Positions 38,200 to 48,066 of a stretch of 64,000 bases of DNA are shown here, piece after piece. The stretch lies in the IMG/VR virus record IMGVR_UViG_3300028805_000043. One strand, given 5' to 3'. A model generated the notes under the pieces. That model searched no databases and was not told where the DNA came from. It worked only from the letters and a program-made list of their open reading frames with translations. The DNA comes from a virus (taxonomy: Duplodnaviria; Caudoviricetes). Each line of letters begins with the position of its first letter. The stretch's first letter is position 1. Made by a program: the position numbers and the translations under genes.

Positions 38200-38427
38200 T
38201 TTAAAAATTCTTATTAATTAAATATAGTACATTATAATATAGAAATAAACGATTAACATAATAATATTTAATCAATCATGTTATGAAATATTTAACAATA
38301 TTTAGCTGCATTAATTGGTTTTGATACAATTTATAATACTGAAGATTCTTTATATGAATATATTGAAACAGAACATCCAGAATATTTAGAAAAAATCATA
38401 GAATATGATCCAGAATAATAAAAAAAC

Positions 38428-38459
38428 AAAACCTAGTAATCATGAGATTACTAGGTTTT
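38428..38459. terminator. Terminator hairpin
   Basis: AAAACCTAGTAATC-ATGA-GATTACTAGGTTTT, perfect 14-bp stem. Confidence 0.8.
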
Positions 38460-38488
38460 ATTATACTATATAATTATATTTAATTGAC

Positions 38489-38770
38489 TTAATAATTGAA
38501 AATTACATCAGCTTTAACTGAATAAGCAGCACCTCTAAATTCACGGCATAGAGTTTGCTCATCAGTATGCCAAAACATTTTCTTTTGTAGATGTGGTCCA
38601 ATATATTTCATTGGAATATATTTCTCAAATTTCTTTCCATTAATTTCATAAATAAATTTGATAATATCCTCAAACAGATAATCCTGTGCAATAATAAAAT
38701 TATTAAAACGTGGATTGTAAGTTACTTTGTATACGTCTACCCTCTTGTGATTCAAATTTCTCTGTTTCAT
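38489..38770 (-). CDS. Hypothetical protein
   Basis: 93-aa ORF. Confidence 0.65.
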   Translation of the reverse strand: MKQRNLNHKRVDVYKVTYNPRFNNFIIAQDYLFEDIIKFIYEINGKKFEKYIPMKYIGPHLQKKMFWHTDEQTLCREFRGAAYSVKADVIFNY

Positions 38771-38783
38771 ATTATTTTATTTA

Positions 38784-39509
38784 TTAAAAGATATATTCTG
38801 TTGCCTTAATACTCTGTAATTTATTCATCAGTTCAATATTATTCATAAATCTGCCGCGAAGATTTCTATAGCAACTTCTCTTAGCAGCTAATTTCTCATC
38901 TTCAAATGTATAAAATTTTGCCGAACGGAATTCACCGATTCCGTAGAAAATATAATGTGGAAGTTCTTTATGAAGATTCTTTACTTTATAAATATCAGTC
39001 TTAAACAGAAAATTCATTCCATTTGTACCACGAATTACACAAACCAAAGCATTATTCTTTTTATTTTCTATACAACGAACAGAATTATCAGAAAGCTTTG
39101 ACATACCCATCTCCTCTTTAGTAACATGATTTGTAATTTTGTAACCAGATTCCCTTGACAGACGAGCAGCTTCACCTCTGAAATAATAACCATGAGCATC
39201 ATATTCGCGAGCAGTAACCTTACGATGATTACGAATATAATGCTCAGGATGGAATGTATAATCTGCGATATGAATCATTTCATGAAGAAGTGTTTGAATC
39301 TTAACAACCTCATCAGAATCATAATAGTTAGACATTGCGATCATTGTGGGAATAATTGTATCGTTAGCAAAATCATAACGATAATACGCGCAACCCCATG
39401 TATGCTTTGTGCGAGAAGTCTTAAACTTAATATTTGGTAATAAACCGTTCCAATACAGATTATTGAACTTGTTGTAATTCTTCTCAATCCAAGCAGTTGT
39501 AACTATCAT
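38784..39509 (-). CDS. SprT-like zinc metalloprotease
   Basis: YNKFNNLYWNGLLP...TLLHEMIHIA...DAHGYYF. Confidence 0.85.
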   Translation of the reverse strand: MIVTTAWIEKNYNKFNNLYWNGLLPNIKFKTSRTKHTWGCAYYRYDFANDTIIPTMIAMSNYYDSDEVVKIQTLLHEMIHIADYTFHPEHYIRNHRKVTAREYDAHGYYFRGEAARLSRESGYKITNHVTKEEMGMSKLSDNSVRCIENKKNNALVCVIRGTNGMNFLFKTDIYKVKNLHKELPHYIFYGIGEFRSAKFYTFEDEKLAAKRSCYRNLRGRFMNNIELMNKLQSIKATEYIF

Positions 39510-39538
39510 ATTGTTTATATTTGTTTGATTACAATATT

Positions 39539-39566
39539 AATATAGTACATCTAATAAAAAATTCAA
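39539..39566 (-). promoter_or_regulatory. Early-type promoter TTGAAT-N16-TATATT
   Basis: Recurrent motif with GTAATCAAACAA leader. Confidence 0.75.
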
Positions 39567-39635
39567 ATAATATATGTATTTCTTACATCTATAATGTAAT
39601 ATAATATTAGATTTTTATGTAAAAATTAGAATAAC

Positions 39636-39666
39636 AAAATAGGGCTACCTTCACAGGCGACCCTAT
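39636..39666 (-). terminator. Intrinsic terminator
   Basis: Minus strand ATAGGGTCGCCT-GTGA-AGGTAGCCCTAT-TTTG. Confidence 0.65.
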
Positions 39667-39712
39667 CCAAATTTATATAAATTAAGTATTATTACAAAGT
39701 CTCATTTACTTT

Positions 39713-40015
39713 TTATACAGCTTCATTAGATGCATTATATTTATTTTTGTTATAGTAATTAAGTAATTCTTGTTTGGATTTCTCCAACCAATAATTTCTC
39801 TCTTCATCATTATCGAAGCATCCTTTGTATTCGTCATTTTCAAATATATGATCAACTAATTTAATATCATTATCTGATAAATTTTCTGTTGGTAAATAAT
39901 GACATGTAAAATTACCCCATCTCAATCTGATATAACCAATTCGATGCTTTCCTTTATATGCCCAATATTGTTCAGGACATGCTTCACAAGTTTGTTCTAA
40001 TATAATTTGATTCAT
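39713..40015 (-). CDS. Hypothetical protein; likely start at MNQII
   Basis: TCEACPEQY...RLRWG; the longer ORF call runs through a terminator. Confidence 0.6.
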   Translation of the reverse strand: MNQIILEQTCEACPEQYWAYKGKHRIGYIRLRWGNFTCHYLPTENLSDNDIKLVDHIFENDEYKGCFDNDEERNYWLEKSKQELLNYYNKNKYNASNEAV

Positions 40016-40030
40016 ATTGTTATATAATTT

Positions 40031-40065
40031 AAAAATAAGCAGGAGTGTTTCACAACATCCCTGCT
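40031..40065 (-). terminator. Terminator after mdh
   Basis: Minus strand AGCAGGGATGTT-GTGA-AACACTCCTGCT-TATTTTT. Confidence 0.7.
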
Positions 40066-40093
40066 CCAGTGTAATCAAAATCAATAAACTGTA

Positions 40094-41017
40094 TTAAAGT
40101 GCGGAATTTACATTCCTAACAGCTTCAATGGATACATTATACTTATTTTTTGTTTCGTCTGAAAGTACTACAGGAACCAAATCTTTAATTCCATTTTTTC
40201 CAATTGTTACAATAGTACCAATACATAGATCAAACTCCTTGCGGTAAACTGAAGAAGCAACAGGAGTATTCTCATCAAAAGCAATCATCTTTACAGTTTC
40301 ACAGATTCCCTGCGCGGGTGCCTCCCAAGCAGAAGTTCCAAGCATCTTCGTAAGAATAGCTCCACCCTTCATCGTATTCTCAACAACATCCGCAATCTCC
40401 TCATCAGTAAAGAAACTTGTAAGAGGTTTACCATTAACAGTTGCCTTCTCAACAAGAGGAATCATTGTAGTATCACCATGTCCACCAATTACCTTTGCAA
40501 CAATATCATACTTACCAAATCCAAAACGATTAATAAGCTTCATACGAATATTGTATTCAAATCGAGCTGAGTCAAGCATACCGCCCATACCAATAACCTT
40601 ACGCCAATTCTCCTTACCAAGATAATTGACAGCCATCATAGTCATCGTATCCATAGGATTAGATACTACTACAAAGATAGCATTAGGAGAATACTTAGTC
40701 GCACCATCAAGAACCATTGTCATTACCTTTGAATTGACACCAACTAGTTCCTCGCGTGTCATACCAGGCTTACGGGGTATACCAGAAGTAATAACAATAA
40801 CATCAGAATTAGCAGTCATTGAATAATCTCCAGTAGTACCACGAACAATAGTGTTAGAATCAGTCATCATCAATGACTGCATAATATCCATTGCCTTACC
40901 CTCTGCAACACCCTCCTTGACATCAAGCAGTACTACATCATCTACAAAATCAGCAGCAGCAATCTTCATAGCTGCAGTTGCGCCTACATTACCAGCTCCA
41001 ATAATTGATACCTTCAT
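40094..41017 (-). CDS. mdh: Malate dehydrogenase (LDH-like MDH), Bacteroidales type
   Basis: IIGAGNVGAT, LDVKEGVAEGKAMD, TSGIPRKPGMTREEL (MDH-type specificity loop), VSNPMDTM, LDSARF, IGGHGDTTMIPL. Confidence 0.92.
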   Translation of the reverse strand: MKVSIIGAGNVGATAAMKIAAADFVDDVVLLDVKEGVAEGKAMDIMQSLMMTDSNTIVRGTTGDYSMTANSDVIVITSGIPRKPGMTREELVGVNSKVMTMVLDGATKYSPNAIFVVVSNPMDTMTMMAVNYLGKENWRKVIGMGGMLDSARFEYNIRMKLINRFGFGKYDIVAKVIGGHGDTTMIPLVEKATVNGKPLTSFFTDEEIADVVENTMKGGAILTKMLGTSAWEAPAQGICETVKMIAFDENTPVASSVYRKEFDLCIGTIVTIGKNGIKDLVPVVLSDETKNKYNVSIEAVRNVNSAL

Positions 41018-41170
41018 ATTTTAATTATTTTTACGTTTATTATAATTATTAAGTTCGTACTGAATCATATCGAAATAAGTGTAATTATTTTGTTTACAAA
41101 CATTCCAATTGATTGTATTGTGAATAATATTTCTAAGAAGTTTAATTATGTTTAAAATCGTATTCATATT

Positions 41171-41506
41171 TTAATTATTATATGACCTCATTATCTTTCT
41201 CCATTTTTTCTTTCTACAATCAGGAGTAATATCTCTCCACCATTTATCACCCTCATTAGCCCACATAATTTCAAATACTCTATCATATTTACCCAAGAAC
41301 GGATAATTATATCCTACACGAATTGACATTTTAGTTGTAGGGTTATGATAAAACAAATAATTTGAAAATGTGAATGGTGGATCCTCAGGGCGAAAACCGC
41401 CATCTCTTACATATTCAAACCCATCATCTAAAATTGCCTGTTTAAGCAATTCTAAATTAATATCGTTAAATCTATCGCGAATTTTTTTAGGATAAATAAT
41501 TGGCAT
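41171..41506 (-). CDS. Hypothetical protein
   Basis: 111-aa ORF after promoter motif at 41543-41570. Confidence 0.7.
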   Translation of the reverse strand: MPIIYPKKIRDRFNDINLELLKQAILDDGFEYVRDGGFRPEDPPFTFSNYLFYHNPTTKMSIRVGYNYPFLGKYDRVFEIMWANEGDKWWRDITPDCRKKKWRKIMRSYNN

Positions 41507-41542
41507 GTTATTTATTAATTCAAATTTATTAATTACAATAAT

Positions 41543-41570
41543 AATATAGTATCTTTATGAAATAATTTAA
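41543..41570 (-). promoter_or_regulatory. Early-type promoter variant TTAAAT-N16-TATATT
   Basis: Same spacing and context as the other copies. Confidence 0.55.
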
Positions 41571-41585
41571 ATAATATATGAATAA

Positions 41586-42062
41586 TTACATTCCTAATTT
41601 TTCCTTTAATCTTTTATATTCTTCAATATCCTTTTGTTTTTCTTCTTTTTCTCTTTTTTCCTTTAATTGTTTATTAAATAGATTACATACTTCTTGTGCT
41701 TCTTTTAATGTTTCAAAAATAGCAACATTATATGCCCAATCAACTTTAAAGTAGTTTTTAGATATTTTATCACCATAATAAGGAACAAAATCTTGAAGCC
41801 ATTGAGATGCATATCTATGATTTTTTACATATTCACCAGTAACTCCAGTCCCACCTATTTCTTTGCTAAAATTAACATAACCACATACTATTCTGTATAC
41901 ACCATTCTTTTTCTGTGGTGCTTCAATAAAATAATACTTTGAACCATATTCACAGTATTTTTTATATTCGTCATTTGCTAATACATAATCATATAATGGT
42001 TCACCTCTATAATCTTTTTGGCCATTTAATACTCTTGTAAGTTTAAAATTTCCAATTATCAT
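41586..42062 (-). CDS. Hypothetical protein
   Basis: 158-aa ORF. Confidence 0.7.
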   Translation of the reverse strand: MIIGNFKLTRVLNGQKDYRGEPLYDYVLANDEYKKYCEYGSKYYFIEAPQKKNGVYRIVCGYVNFSKEIGGTGVTGEYVKNHRYASQWLQDFVPYYGDKISKNYFKVDWAYNVAIFETLKEAQEVCNLFNKQLKEKREKEEKQKDIEEYKRLKEKLGM

Positions 42063-42067
42063 ATTGC

Positions 42068-42442
42068 TTAATTAAAATTATAAAATCTAATATCTTTAGC
42101 TTCACCTCTAAATTTTTTGCCAACTTCTAGTTTACGGTATTCTTTATATTGAACTTCATCATCTTCTTCTCCATCCCCATAATATTCTTTTTCTGCTTGC
42201 GGTGTTAGAGGAGTAACTTTATATACTACATGATATTCTTGTTCAGATGATCGTCCACCTACTAGATGCCAATTGCTCCCAATACAGTCATACTTATCAA
42301 TAATTTCAATTTCATATCTAACATTACGTTCATGATCTGCACGATTCTTATCTGCACATTTATTCATAAAGTAACAAAATACAATGGAAATTGGTAATAC
42401 AATAATCATTGTTTTCAAAAATCCTTTCCAATCGTCTTCCAT
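42068..42442 (-). CDS. Membrane-anchored hypothetical protein
   Basis: N-terminal TM segment MIIVLPISIVFCYF. Confidence 0.7.
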   Translation of the reverse strand: MEDDWKGFLKTMIIVLPISIVFCYFMNKCADKNRADHERNVRYEIEIIDKYDCIGSNWHLVGGRSSEQEYHVVYKVTPLTPQAEKEYYGDGEEDDEVQYKEYRKLEVGKKFRGEAKDIRFYNFN

Positions 42443-42453
42443 ATTAATTAAAA

Positions 42454-43323
42454 TTAAAAGTTATCTAAATCATCATCCTCAACAGGAGCAAGCTGTTTTT
42501 TTGAAAAGATTGCTTTAATATGAGTGAAATCATTAAGCTCAATATTGAAGTCTTCTTTAATACATTTATCAAGGAACGGAACTCTAAATCTATCAAGATA
42601 ATCAATCTTATATCCTGCACCAGTACATGTAATCTTTTCAACAAGATCCTCTACATAAATAGGAAAATAGTTTTCATGTACTTCACGATCCCAGTTTACC
42701 TTCCAACGATATTTTAGAAGGAAATGAATAGCATTTTTATTATTTGTTAATGTTCCCCAAATCTCTGAAAATTCTTTAACTTGTCCAATTGATATATTAC
42801 AATTTCTTTCAATTGCATTTGTTAAACTCTTTTTAGCATCCCTGTTAATATCCTTAGCTGGACACATATCTCTAATAATGATATAATCAAAACCAGAATA
42901 TCGTACATGATCCCAAAACTCACATATTGTTTCTTCAGTACCGTATGAATATACTTCGTGGATTACTGAAGATAAAATAAGTACTTTCTTACGATTAACA
43001 AATACAGAACTGCCACTCTGTCTACATTCATCCCAATTAGTTGTAAACCTTACATTAGCATTAACTGGTCCATTATAATTGGTCTTTGCCAACTTAATCA
43101 TTTCATCTGAAATATCGTAGCCAACATAAACATTATTAGGATTGTCTTTATAAATAGATGCCAATGCATTAATCATACTACCATCAGCACATCCAAAATC
43201 AACAAACATATAATTCTGATTCTTCGGTAGTCGTTCTACGAAAAATAATTTATCTGCCATACCCTTTTGCATTTCTTTATTATAATACTCGATGTTTGAA
43301 AATTTAATTCCTATTTCACACAT
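42454..43323 (-). CDS. Class I SAM-dependent methyltransferase
   Basis: FVDFGCADG, VGYDIS, ILSSVIHEVYSY; start moved to ATG at 43323, downstream of the promoter motif. Confidence 0.8.
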   Translation of the reverse strand: MCEIGIKFSNIEYYNKEMQKGMADKLFFVERLPKNQNYMFVDFGCADGSMINALASIYKDNPNNVYVGYDISDEMIKLAKTNYNGPVNANVRFTTNWDECRQSGSSVFVNRKKVLILSSVIHEVYSYGTEETICEFWDHVRYSGFDYIIIRDMCPAKDINRDAKKSLTNAIERNCNISIGQVKEFSEIWGTLTNNKNAIHFLLKYRWKVNWDREVHENYFPIYVEDLVEKITCTGAGYKIDYLDRFRVPFLDKCIKEDFNIELNDFTHIKAIFSKKQLAPVEDDDLDNF

Positions 43324-43351
43324 ATTATTATTTGTTTGATTTAACAAATTA

Positions 43352-43379
43352 AATATAGTACATCTTTATTGAAATTCAA
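43352..43379 (-). promoter_or_regulatory. Early-type promoter TTGAAT-N16-TATATT
   Basis: Recurrent motif; overlaps upstream stop codon. Confidence 0.7.
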
Positions 43380-43654
43380 ATATTATATGTATTTCTTACA
43401 TAATTATTGAGCATTTCTGCTGCATCATCTAATGAACGTGCATTACCAACATATTCATTAATAGTGCCAATTGTATGTTCAATTTTAACAGGTTTATTTT
43501 CTGGTTCTACACATACTGAACATAGAATTTTACGATTACCTAGCATTTCTCTATAACAGATACAAAGTCTATTGAATGCAGTTACATGCATTGACAATGT
43601 ATACATTGTTTCATTATAGTTAAATGTCTTTGGGAGTGTTTCAATAATATTCAT
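43376..43654 (-). CDS. Hypothetical protein
   Basis: 92-aa ORF. Confidence 0.65.
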   Translation of the reverse strand: MNIIETLPKTFNYNETMYTLSMHVTAFNRLCICYREMLGNRKILCSVCVEPENKPVKIEHTIGTINEYVGNARSLDDAAEMLNNYVRNTYNI

Positions 43655-43667
43655 AATCTTTAATTAT

Positions 43668-44309
43668 TTAAATTCCAAAATTATAATTATTAGTAAATAC
43701 TGTGTTAATTGATTCCTGCATTGAAATTACATCTGCCTTGCATTCTTTAATATCATAATTAAGCTCCATGAACTTCTTTACAAAATCAAGTGTAAAATAA
43801 TCTTTACAGTCTTCATAATACTTCTTCCGCCATTCATGAGTAGAAAAATCTGTTACCTTATTGAAAAGTACCCCAGGATCCTTTTCACCTTCTTCAATCT
43901 TCATCTGTAAATCTTCAAGAAGAATACGAATTTCACCAAGTTCAATTAGTTGTTCATATGTAAGTCCAGTATAAATCTTTCCAAACTTACCAAAGGCAAT
44001 AATTCGTGTTGCCCACATATAATCATGTTTATTATTCTTTCTCCACCCACGAATATATTTTGAAAACCATTCATTAAGATTGTACCTCTTAGTAAAGAAT
44101 CCACTCCATGCAGTTGGACGAAACATTGAATAACCTTCAATACCCTTCTTTCCATCTACAATCATATTTGAAATCTCAGATACCCATCTCCAATGATCAT
44201 AAGGGCGTGAATTTTCATATTTACCATCTGAAATCTGACCAGACATTTCCCACTCATACAAACACATTGCAGATACATTCTCAAAATGAATCGTAAGATT
44301 TTTTTCCAT
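43668..44309 (-). CDS. Hypothetical protein; start at MEKNL
   Basis: EMSGQISDGKYENSRP; the longer call would span a promoter and a terminator. Confidence 0.7.
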   Translation of the reverse strand: MEKNLTIHFENVSAMCLYEWEMSGQISDGKYENSRPYDHWRWVSEISNMIVDGKKGIEGYSMFRPTAWSGFFTKRYNLNEWFSKYIRGWRKNNKHDYMWATRIIAFGKFGKIYTGLTYEQLIELGEIRILLEDLQMKIEEGEKDPGVLFNKVTDFSTHEWRKKYYEDCKDYFTLDFVKKFMELNYDIKECKADVISMQESINTVFTNNYNFGI

Positions 44310-44335
44310 ATTTAATATTTGTTTGATTACAATAT

Positions 44336-44363
44336 AATATAGAACATATTTAAAAAAATTCAA
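44336..44363 (-). promoter_or_regulatory. Early-type promoter TTGAAT-N16-TATATT
   Basis: Recurrent motif with GTAATCAAACAA leader. Confidence 0.75.
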
Positions 44364-44386
44364 ATAATATTTAAAAAATATATAAG

Positions 44387-44425
44387 AAAAAATAAAGGTA
44401 GACTTGTTTCTCAACAAATCTACCT
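44387..44425 (-). terminator. Terminator after S1-domain gene
   Basis: Minus strand AGGTAGATTTGTT-GAGA-AACAAGTCTACCT-TTATTTTTT. Confidence 0.75.
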
Positions 44426-44481
44426 CTCGCCTCATAATAAAAATATATTTTTTAATTATGATTATGACTATAGTCCTATAT

Positions 44482-45570
44482 TTATGCTAATTCAAAAACT
44501 GGTCTTACATTACTTTTTAGAATTTGACCCTTCTTATTATAAATAAATGGATCCTTTCCTTCTTGTACCTCAAATTCAGAAATTCGTACCTTAATATGAT
44601 CTCCAGGTTTATATTCCAACAAATCAATTGCATCTATTGGCATAAGACCAGTTATAAACTTATCATCCAATTCAACGAATATACCAGTCTTATTAGATGA
44701 ATTAATAATACCTGTTACTGTACCATTATAAGTTTCTTTAGTATATGTAACACGTTCATCCTTTTGAGCAAGTAACCATTTTCCATAAATCTCATGAATA
44801 TTATTAGTTCCATAGATTTGGAGTACTTTCTTACGTGAACCAACTAATGAGTTCTCAATTAAACCTGTCTTAATATCCTTTCTAAATTCTACGAACTTTT
44901 GTGGTACAATCATTACCTCCTGGCCAATCCACTTTTCAAAATCATGCTCAATATTAAGAACAATATGTGAACCTGGAATGAATACTGAATGTGTATATGT
45001 TTTTCCGGTTAATTGACATATAGGAGTAATATCAGTATGACAAATATATCCTCCTTTTACAAGTGAATCAATATGAACTTTAATACCTTGCTCAAATTGA
45101 ATTGCTTTATTAATTGTATTTGTCCATTGATTATAATAAGCACTGATTACAGATACAATGTACTTATTATCTTTATGTTCACGTACTTCAAAAAGTAACT
45201 TATTGTTATGTTGTGCTAAATAATTATTAATAGCTGTTGCACAATCATTAAAGTTTTCCTTAGAAATAATTTCATCCTTTACACCAGGTACATCGAATAC
45301 AATTCCATTCTTTCCAAATGACTTAACTGTTCCAGAATAAATCTTTCCAAGTTCAATAAGTTGTACGTTATTAATTGCTTTATTTTGCTTAACTTCCGGA
45401 GATATTTCCATTCCATAATAAATTGCGAATGACTTTGCTAATGACATATTTCCATAAGCTTTCTTCATATAACGAATACGTTCAGCATCATTCTTGAAAA
45501 ATGGAAATTCACTATCACTATTAATATCTGCGTAAGTTAAAAGACGTTGTTTATTTGTATTATTTGCCAT
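44482..45570 (-). CDS. Ribosomal protein S1-like protein (three S1/OB domains)
   Basis: GKIYSGTVKSFGKNGIVFDV; IKVHIDSLVKGGY..VFIPGSHI; YNGTVTGI..TGIFVELD..TGLMP..YKPGDHIKVRI. Confidence 0.75.
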   Translation of the reverse strand: MANNTNKQRLLTYADINSDSEFPFFKNDAERIRYMKKAYGNMSLAKSFAIYYGMEISPEVKQNKAINNVQLIELGKIYSGTVKSFGKNGIVFDVPGVKDEIISKENFNDCATAINNYLAQHNNKLLFEVREHKDNKYIVSVISAYYNQWTNTINKAIQFEQGIKVHIDSLVKGGYICHTDITPICQLTGKTYTHSVFIPGSHIVLNIEHDFEKWIGQEVMIVPQKFVEFRKDIKTGLIENSLVGSRKKVLQIYGTNNIHEIYGKWLLAQKDERVTYTKETYNGTVTGIINSSNKTGIFVELDDKFITGLMPIDAIDLLEYKPGDHIKVRISEFEVQEGKDPFIYNKKGQILKSNVRPVFELA

Positions 45571-45678
45571 GTATTTTTATTTTTTGAGCCTAGCAAATTA
45601 AGCTCGGTTAAACAATATGTTAATTAAATCTCTATGTTAAAATATATTAATAATATAGATACAGTTTTAACAAAAATT

Positions 45679-46017
45679 TCAATTTGCCTTAACTAAATTA
45701 TCTGATTCAACTGGTTTTTTAGGATTACCAAATTGATCTATGGCTTTTTGACAAGTGCCATCATCAAGCCATTCATATTCTACTAATTTAGATTGTATCT
45801 TTACTTTACCATGTATAATATTTGGAACCTCATCTAAATCAATTTTTGTTACAATAACTTGACGACCATCTTTTGTCATTACTGGTTTTTCATCATTAAG
45901 CCATTGATCATCAATAGGTTCTCCTTTTTGTTCAAAATATTTCTGTAAAGCTATTTCTTCTTTAATTCTTTCTTCTTTTAATATAAAATCTATGATTGAT
46001 TGCATATCTGTTTGCAT
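45679..46017 (-). CDS. Hypothetical protein (TKDGR motif; CTS-like MQSIIDFILKE)
   Basis: 112-aa ORF. Confidence 0.65.
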   Translation of the reverse strand: MQTDMQSIIDFILKEERIKEEIALQKYFEQKGEPIDDQWLNDEKPVMTKDGRQVIVTKIDLDEVPNIIHGKVKIQSKLVEYEWLDDGTCQKAIDQFGNPKKPVESDNLVKAN

Positions 46018-46019
46018 AT

Positions 46020-46241
46020 TTATTTTGAAAATTTATATTCGTCTTCTACTCTTTTTTGAGCTTCATCAACCTTTTGTAAAGTTTTTAAAGCTTTATCAGA
46101 TTTTCTTTTATCTATATTAAGCTTAAGTCCACAAGTTGGACAAAACAAACAACCAGAAAATAAAATCTGTTGAATGGAAGTTGGAATAAAGTTTCCACAA
46201 TGTGGGCAACGAATGCCTGGTATTTTTTGCTGTTGTTTCAT
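46020..46241 (-). CDS. Zinc-ribbon protein
   Basis: CPHCG...CPTCG. Confidence 0.7.
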   Translation of the reverse strand: MKQQQKIPGIRCPHCGNFIPTSIQQILFSGCLFCPTCGLKLNIDKRKSDKALKTLQKVDEAQKRVEDEYKFSK

Positions 46242-46293
46242 TTTTGATTTTGTAAAAATTATATTTAATAAATTGTTTTATTAAAAATAATTA

Positions 46294-46884
46294 TTACGAA
46301 TTTTTAAATTTGTCAGCATACTTCCTAAAATAAATATATGTATCTGCACTATTCATTTTATTTTTTATAGCATGTTCATTATATAAACATTCCTTTAAAC
46401 ACCATTCATCAATAGATTGCCAATTTACAATTTTACAGGTTTCACCTTTTGAATTTTTGACAAATAATCTATCTGTTCCCATTGCATGATCATCAATCAA
46501 ATAATCCATGAATACTTTACGTGAATTATCTCCAGTATATTTTTCCCATTGACTATTTGCGTTAATACCCCATAATGATATTCCATTATCTGTAAATATT
46601 TTAATAGCTGGTGATAATATATCTACAACACCCATATCCATTCCATAATTTTGTTTTGAATATTCAACTAATTCATTACAACATATTGGATATGAATGTG
46701 AACGTTGTGTATATAATATTATTTTGTGACCTTCTGATTGTAAAGCTTTTAAAACTTCTATAGCTCCAGGTATAATAGGACCAACATAAGGCCATTCATC
46801 AAGGCAAACAGTATTATCAAAATCTACACATATAACTTTTTTGCCATTTAATACTTCATAGTATTTATTTGTTGCATATCTCAT
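46294..46884 (-). CDS. HAD-superfamily phosphatase
   Basis: DxD motif in VICVDFDNTV; ILYTQR; RKVFMDYLIDD. Confidence 0.8.
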   Translation of the reverse strand: MRYATNKYYEVLNGKKVICVDFDNTVCLDEWPYVGPIIPGAIEVLKALQSEGHKIILYTQRSHSYPICCNELVEYSKQNYGMDMGVVDILSPAIKIFTDNGISLWGINANSQWEKYTGDNSRKVFMDYLIDDHAMGTDRLFVKNSKGETCKIVNWQSIDEWCLKECLYNEHAIKNKMNSADTYIYFRKYADKFKNS

Positions 46885-47198
46885 AGTCTAAAATTACTTT
46901 CAAATACTTCCATTAATTTATTAAATTGTTCAACACTATCTAAATCAGCAGAACCTATTGAACAACAATCACAATTATCAATATGAATATGCCAAGCACG
47001 ACCACTATTTGTTAATCCATTATCAATATCAAGTTTCAATACTTTGCCAGGATTATTATCGACGTCATTTGTCCAACGTCTTAATAATACATAATCATCT
47101 AAACCATCATATTTTTTATGAAATTGTTTTTCATAATCATAAGTAATATCTTCAAATCCTGCTGATATTAATTTTTCTTTACTTATTATTTCCTGCAT
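46881..47198 (-). CDS. Hypothetical protein
   Basis: 105-aa ORF overlapping both neighbours. Confidence 0.7.
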   Translation of the reverse strand: MQEIISKEKLISAGFEDITYDYEKQFHKKYDGLDDYVLLRRWTNDVDNNPGKVLKLDIDNGLTNSGRAWHIHIDNCDCCSIGSADLDSVEQFNKLMEVFESNFRL

Positions 47199-47991
47199 TC
47201 TCTTCTATCTTTTTTAATAATGCTTCGTATTCGGCTTTCTTTTGAGCTTTTTGATCTTCCCATTTTTTATTCCATTGATCCTTCCAATTATTTCCATATT
47301 CTTCTTCCATTACTTCTTCAAAGTTATCTCCATAATAATCCATTTCCCAAAGAAGCAAAGGATTACGTTCTTCTATTTCAATATCAACATTATAATGATC
47401 TTTCCACCATTTCTTAACAGTTTCTGCATTTGGTGTTGGTGTTGCTCCCATTGTTAATGTATTTATAAATTTTTGTTCATCTATATTAAATGAATAAAAA
47501 TCTTGACAGGCATTAATAAGTTCAATAACTTTGTTCAATACTTTATCTGTAACACCCTTAGCTATTTCACCATTACCATCATATTCTCCATATATGATAT
47601 CGTAAATATGTTTCTTTAATGGTTTTACTTTTTCATATCCGCGAGTTCCTGGGTGGTAATTACCATATTTATCAGTATAAGATTCAATGTATTTATCTTT
47701 TGATCCACCTTTTAGCAAATAACTTTTTAGAATATCAATATCTTCCTTAAATTCAGGAGCAATACGATAAGCATCAATATATTTATCTATTATATACTTA
47801 TATTCTTCATGTGATAAATAATGTCTATCATATATTGGGCCATCATTTTTTTCATCAATTTTACCTGCTTTATATTCTGCAATAAGACAATCCCAATCTG
47901 CGGTTGGTTGAGCTTTTGCAAACATTTCTCTATAACAATCTTTAACTGCTTTAGCTAATACGTCTTCTCTTGTTAAATCAAAATTATTCAT
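47179..47991 (-). CDS. Hypothetical protein
   Basis: 270-aa ORF. Confidence 0.75.
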   Translation of the reverse strand: MNNFDLTREDVLAKAVKDCYREMFAKAQPTADWDCLIAEYKAGKIDEKNDGPIYDRHYLSHEEYKYIIDKYIDAYRIAPEFKEDIDILKSYLLKGGSKDKYIESYTDKYGNYHPGTRGYEKVKPLKKHIYDIIYGEYDGNGEIAKGVTDKVLNKVIELINACQDFYSFNIDEQKFINTLTMGATPTPNAETVKKWWKDHYNVDIEIEERNPLLLWEMDYYGDNFEEVMEEEYGNNWKDQWNKKWEDQKAQKKAEYEALLKKIEENAGNNK

Positions 47992-48066
47992 TTATATTAT
48001 AGTTTAAATTTAATTTAAAATAGAAATTTATTACTATTATATATTATTAAAATTTGTTAAAGAATA

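Noticed and set aside
38296-38418. Coding-looking + strand stretch (AALIGFDTIYNTED...YDPE)
   Set aside because: Bounded upstream by an in-frame TAA with no ATG; possibly a gene remnant but too short to support
40094-41017. Host chromosomal contamination or prophage boundary at mdh or the OmpA gene
   Set aside because: Both are single genes flanked by phage-type genes, promoter motifs and terminators, with no run of bacterial synteny
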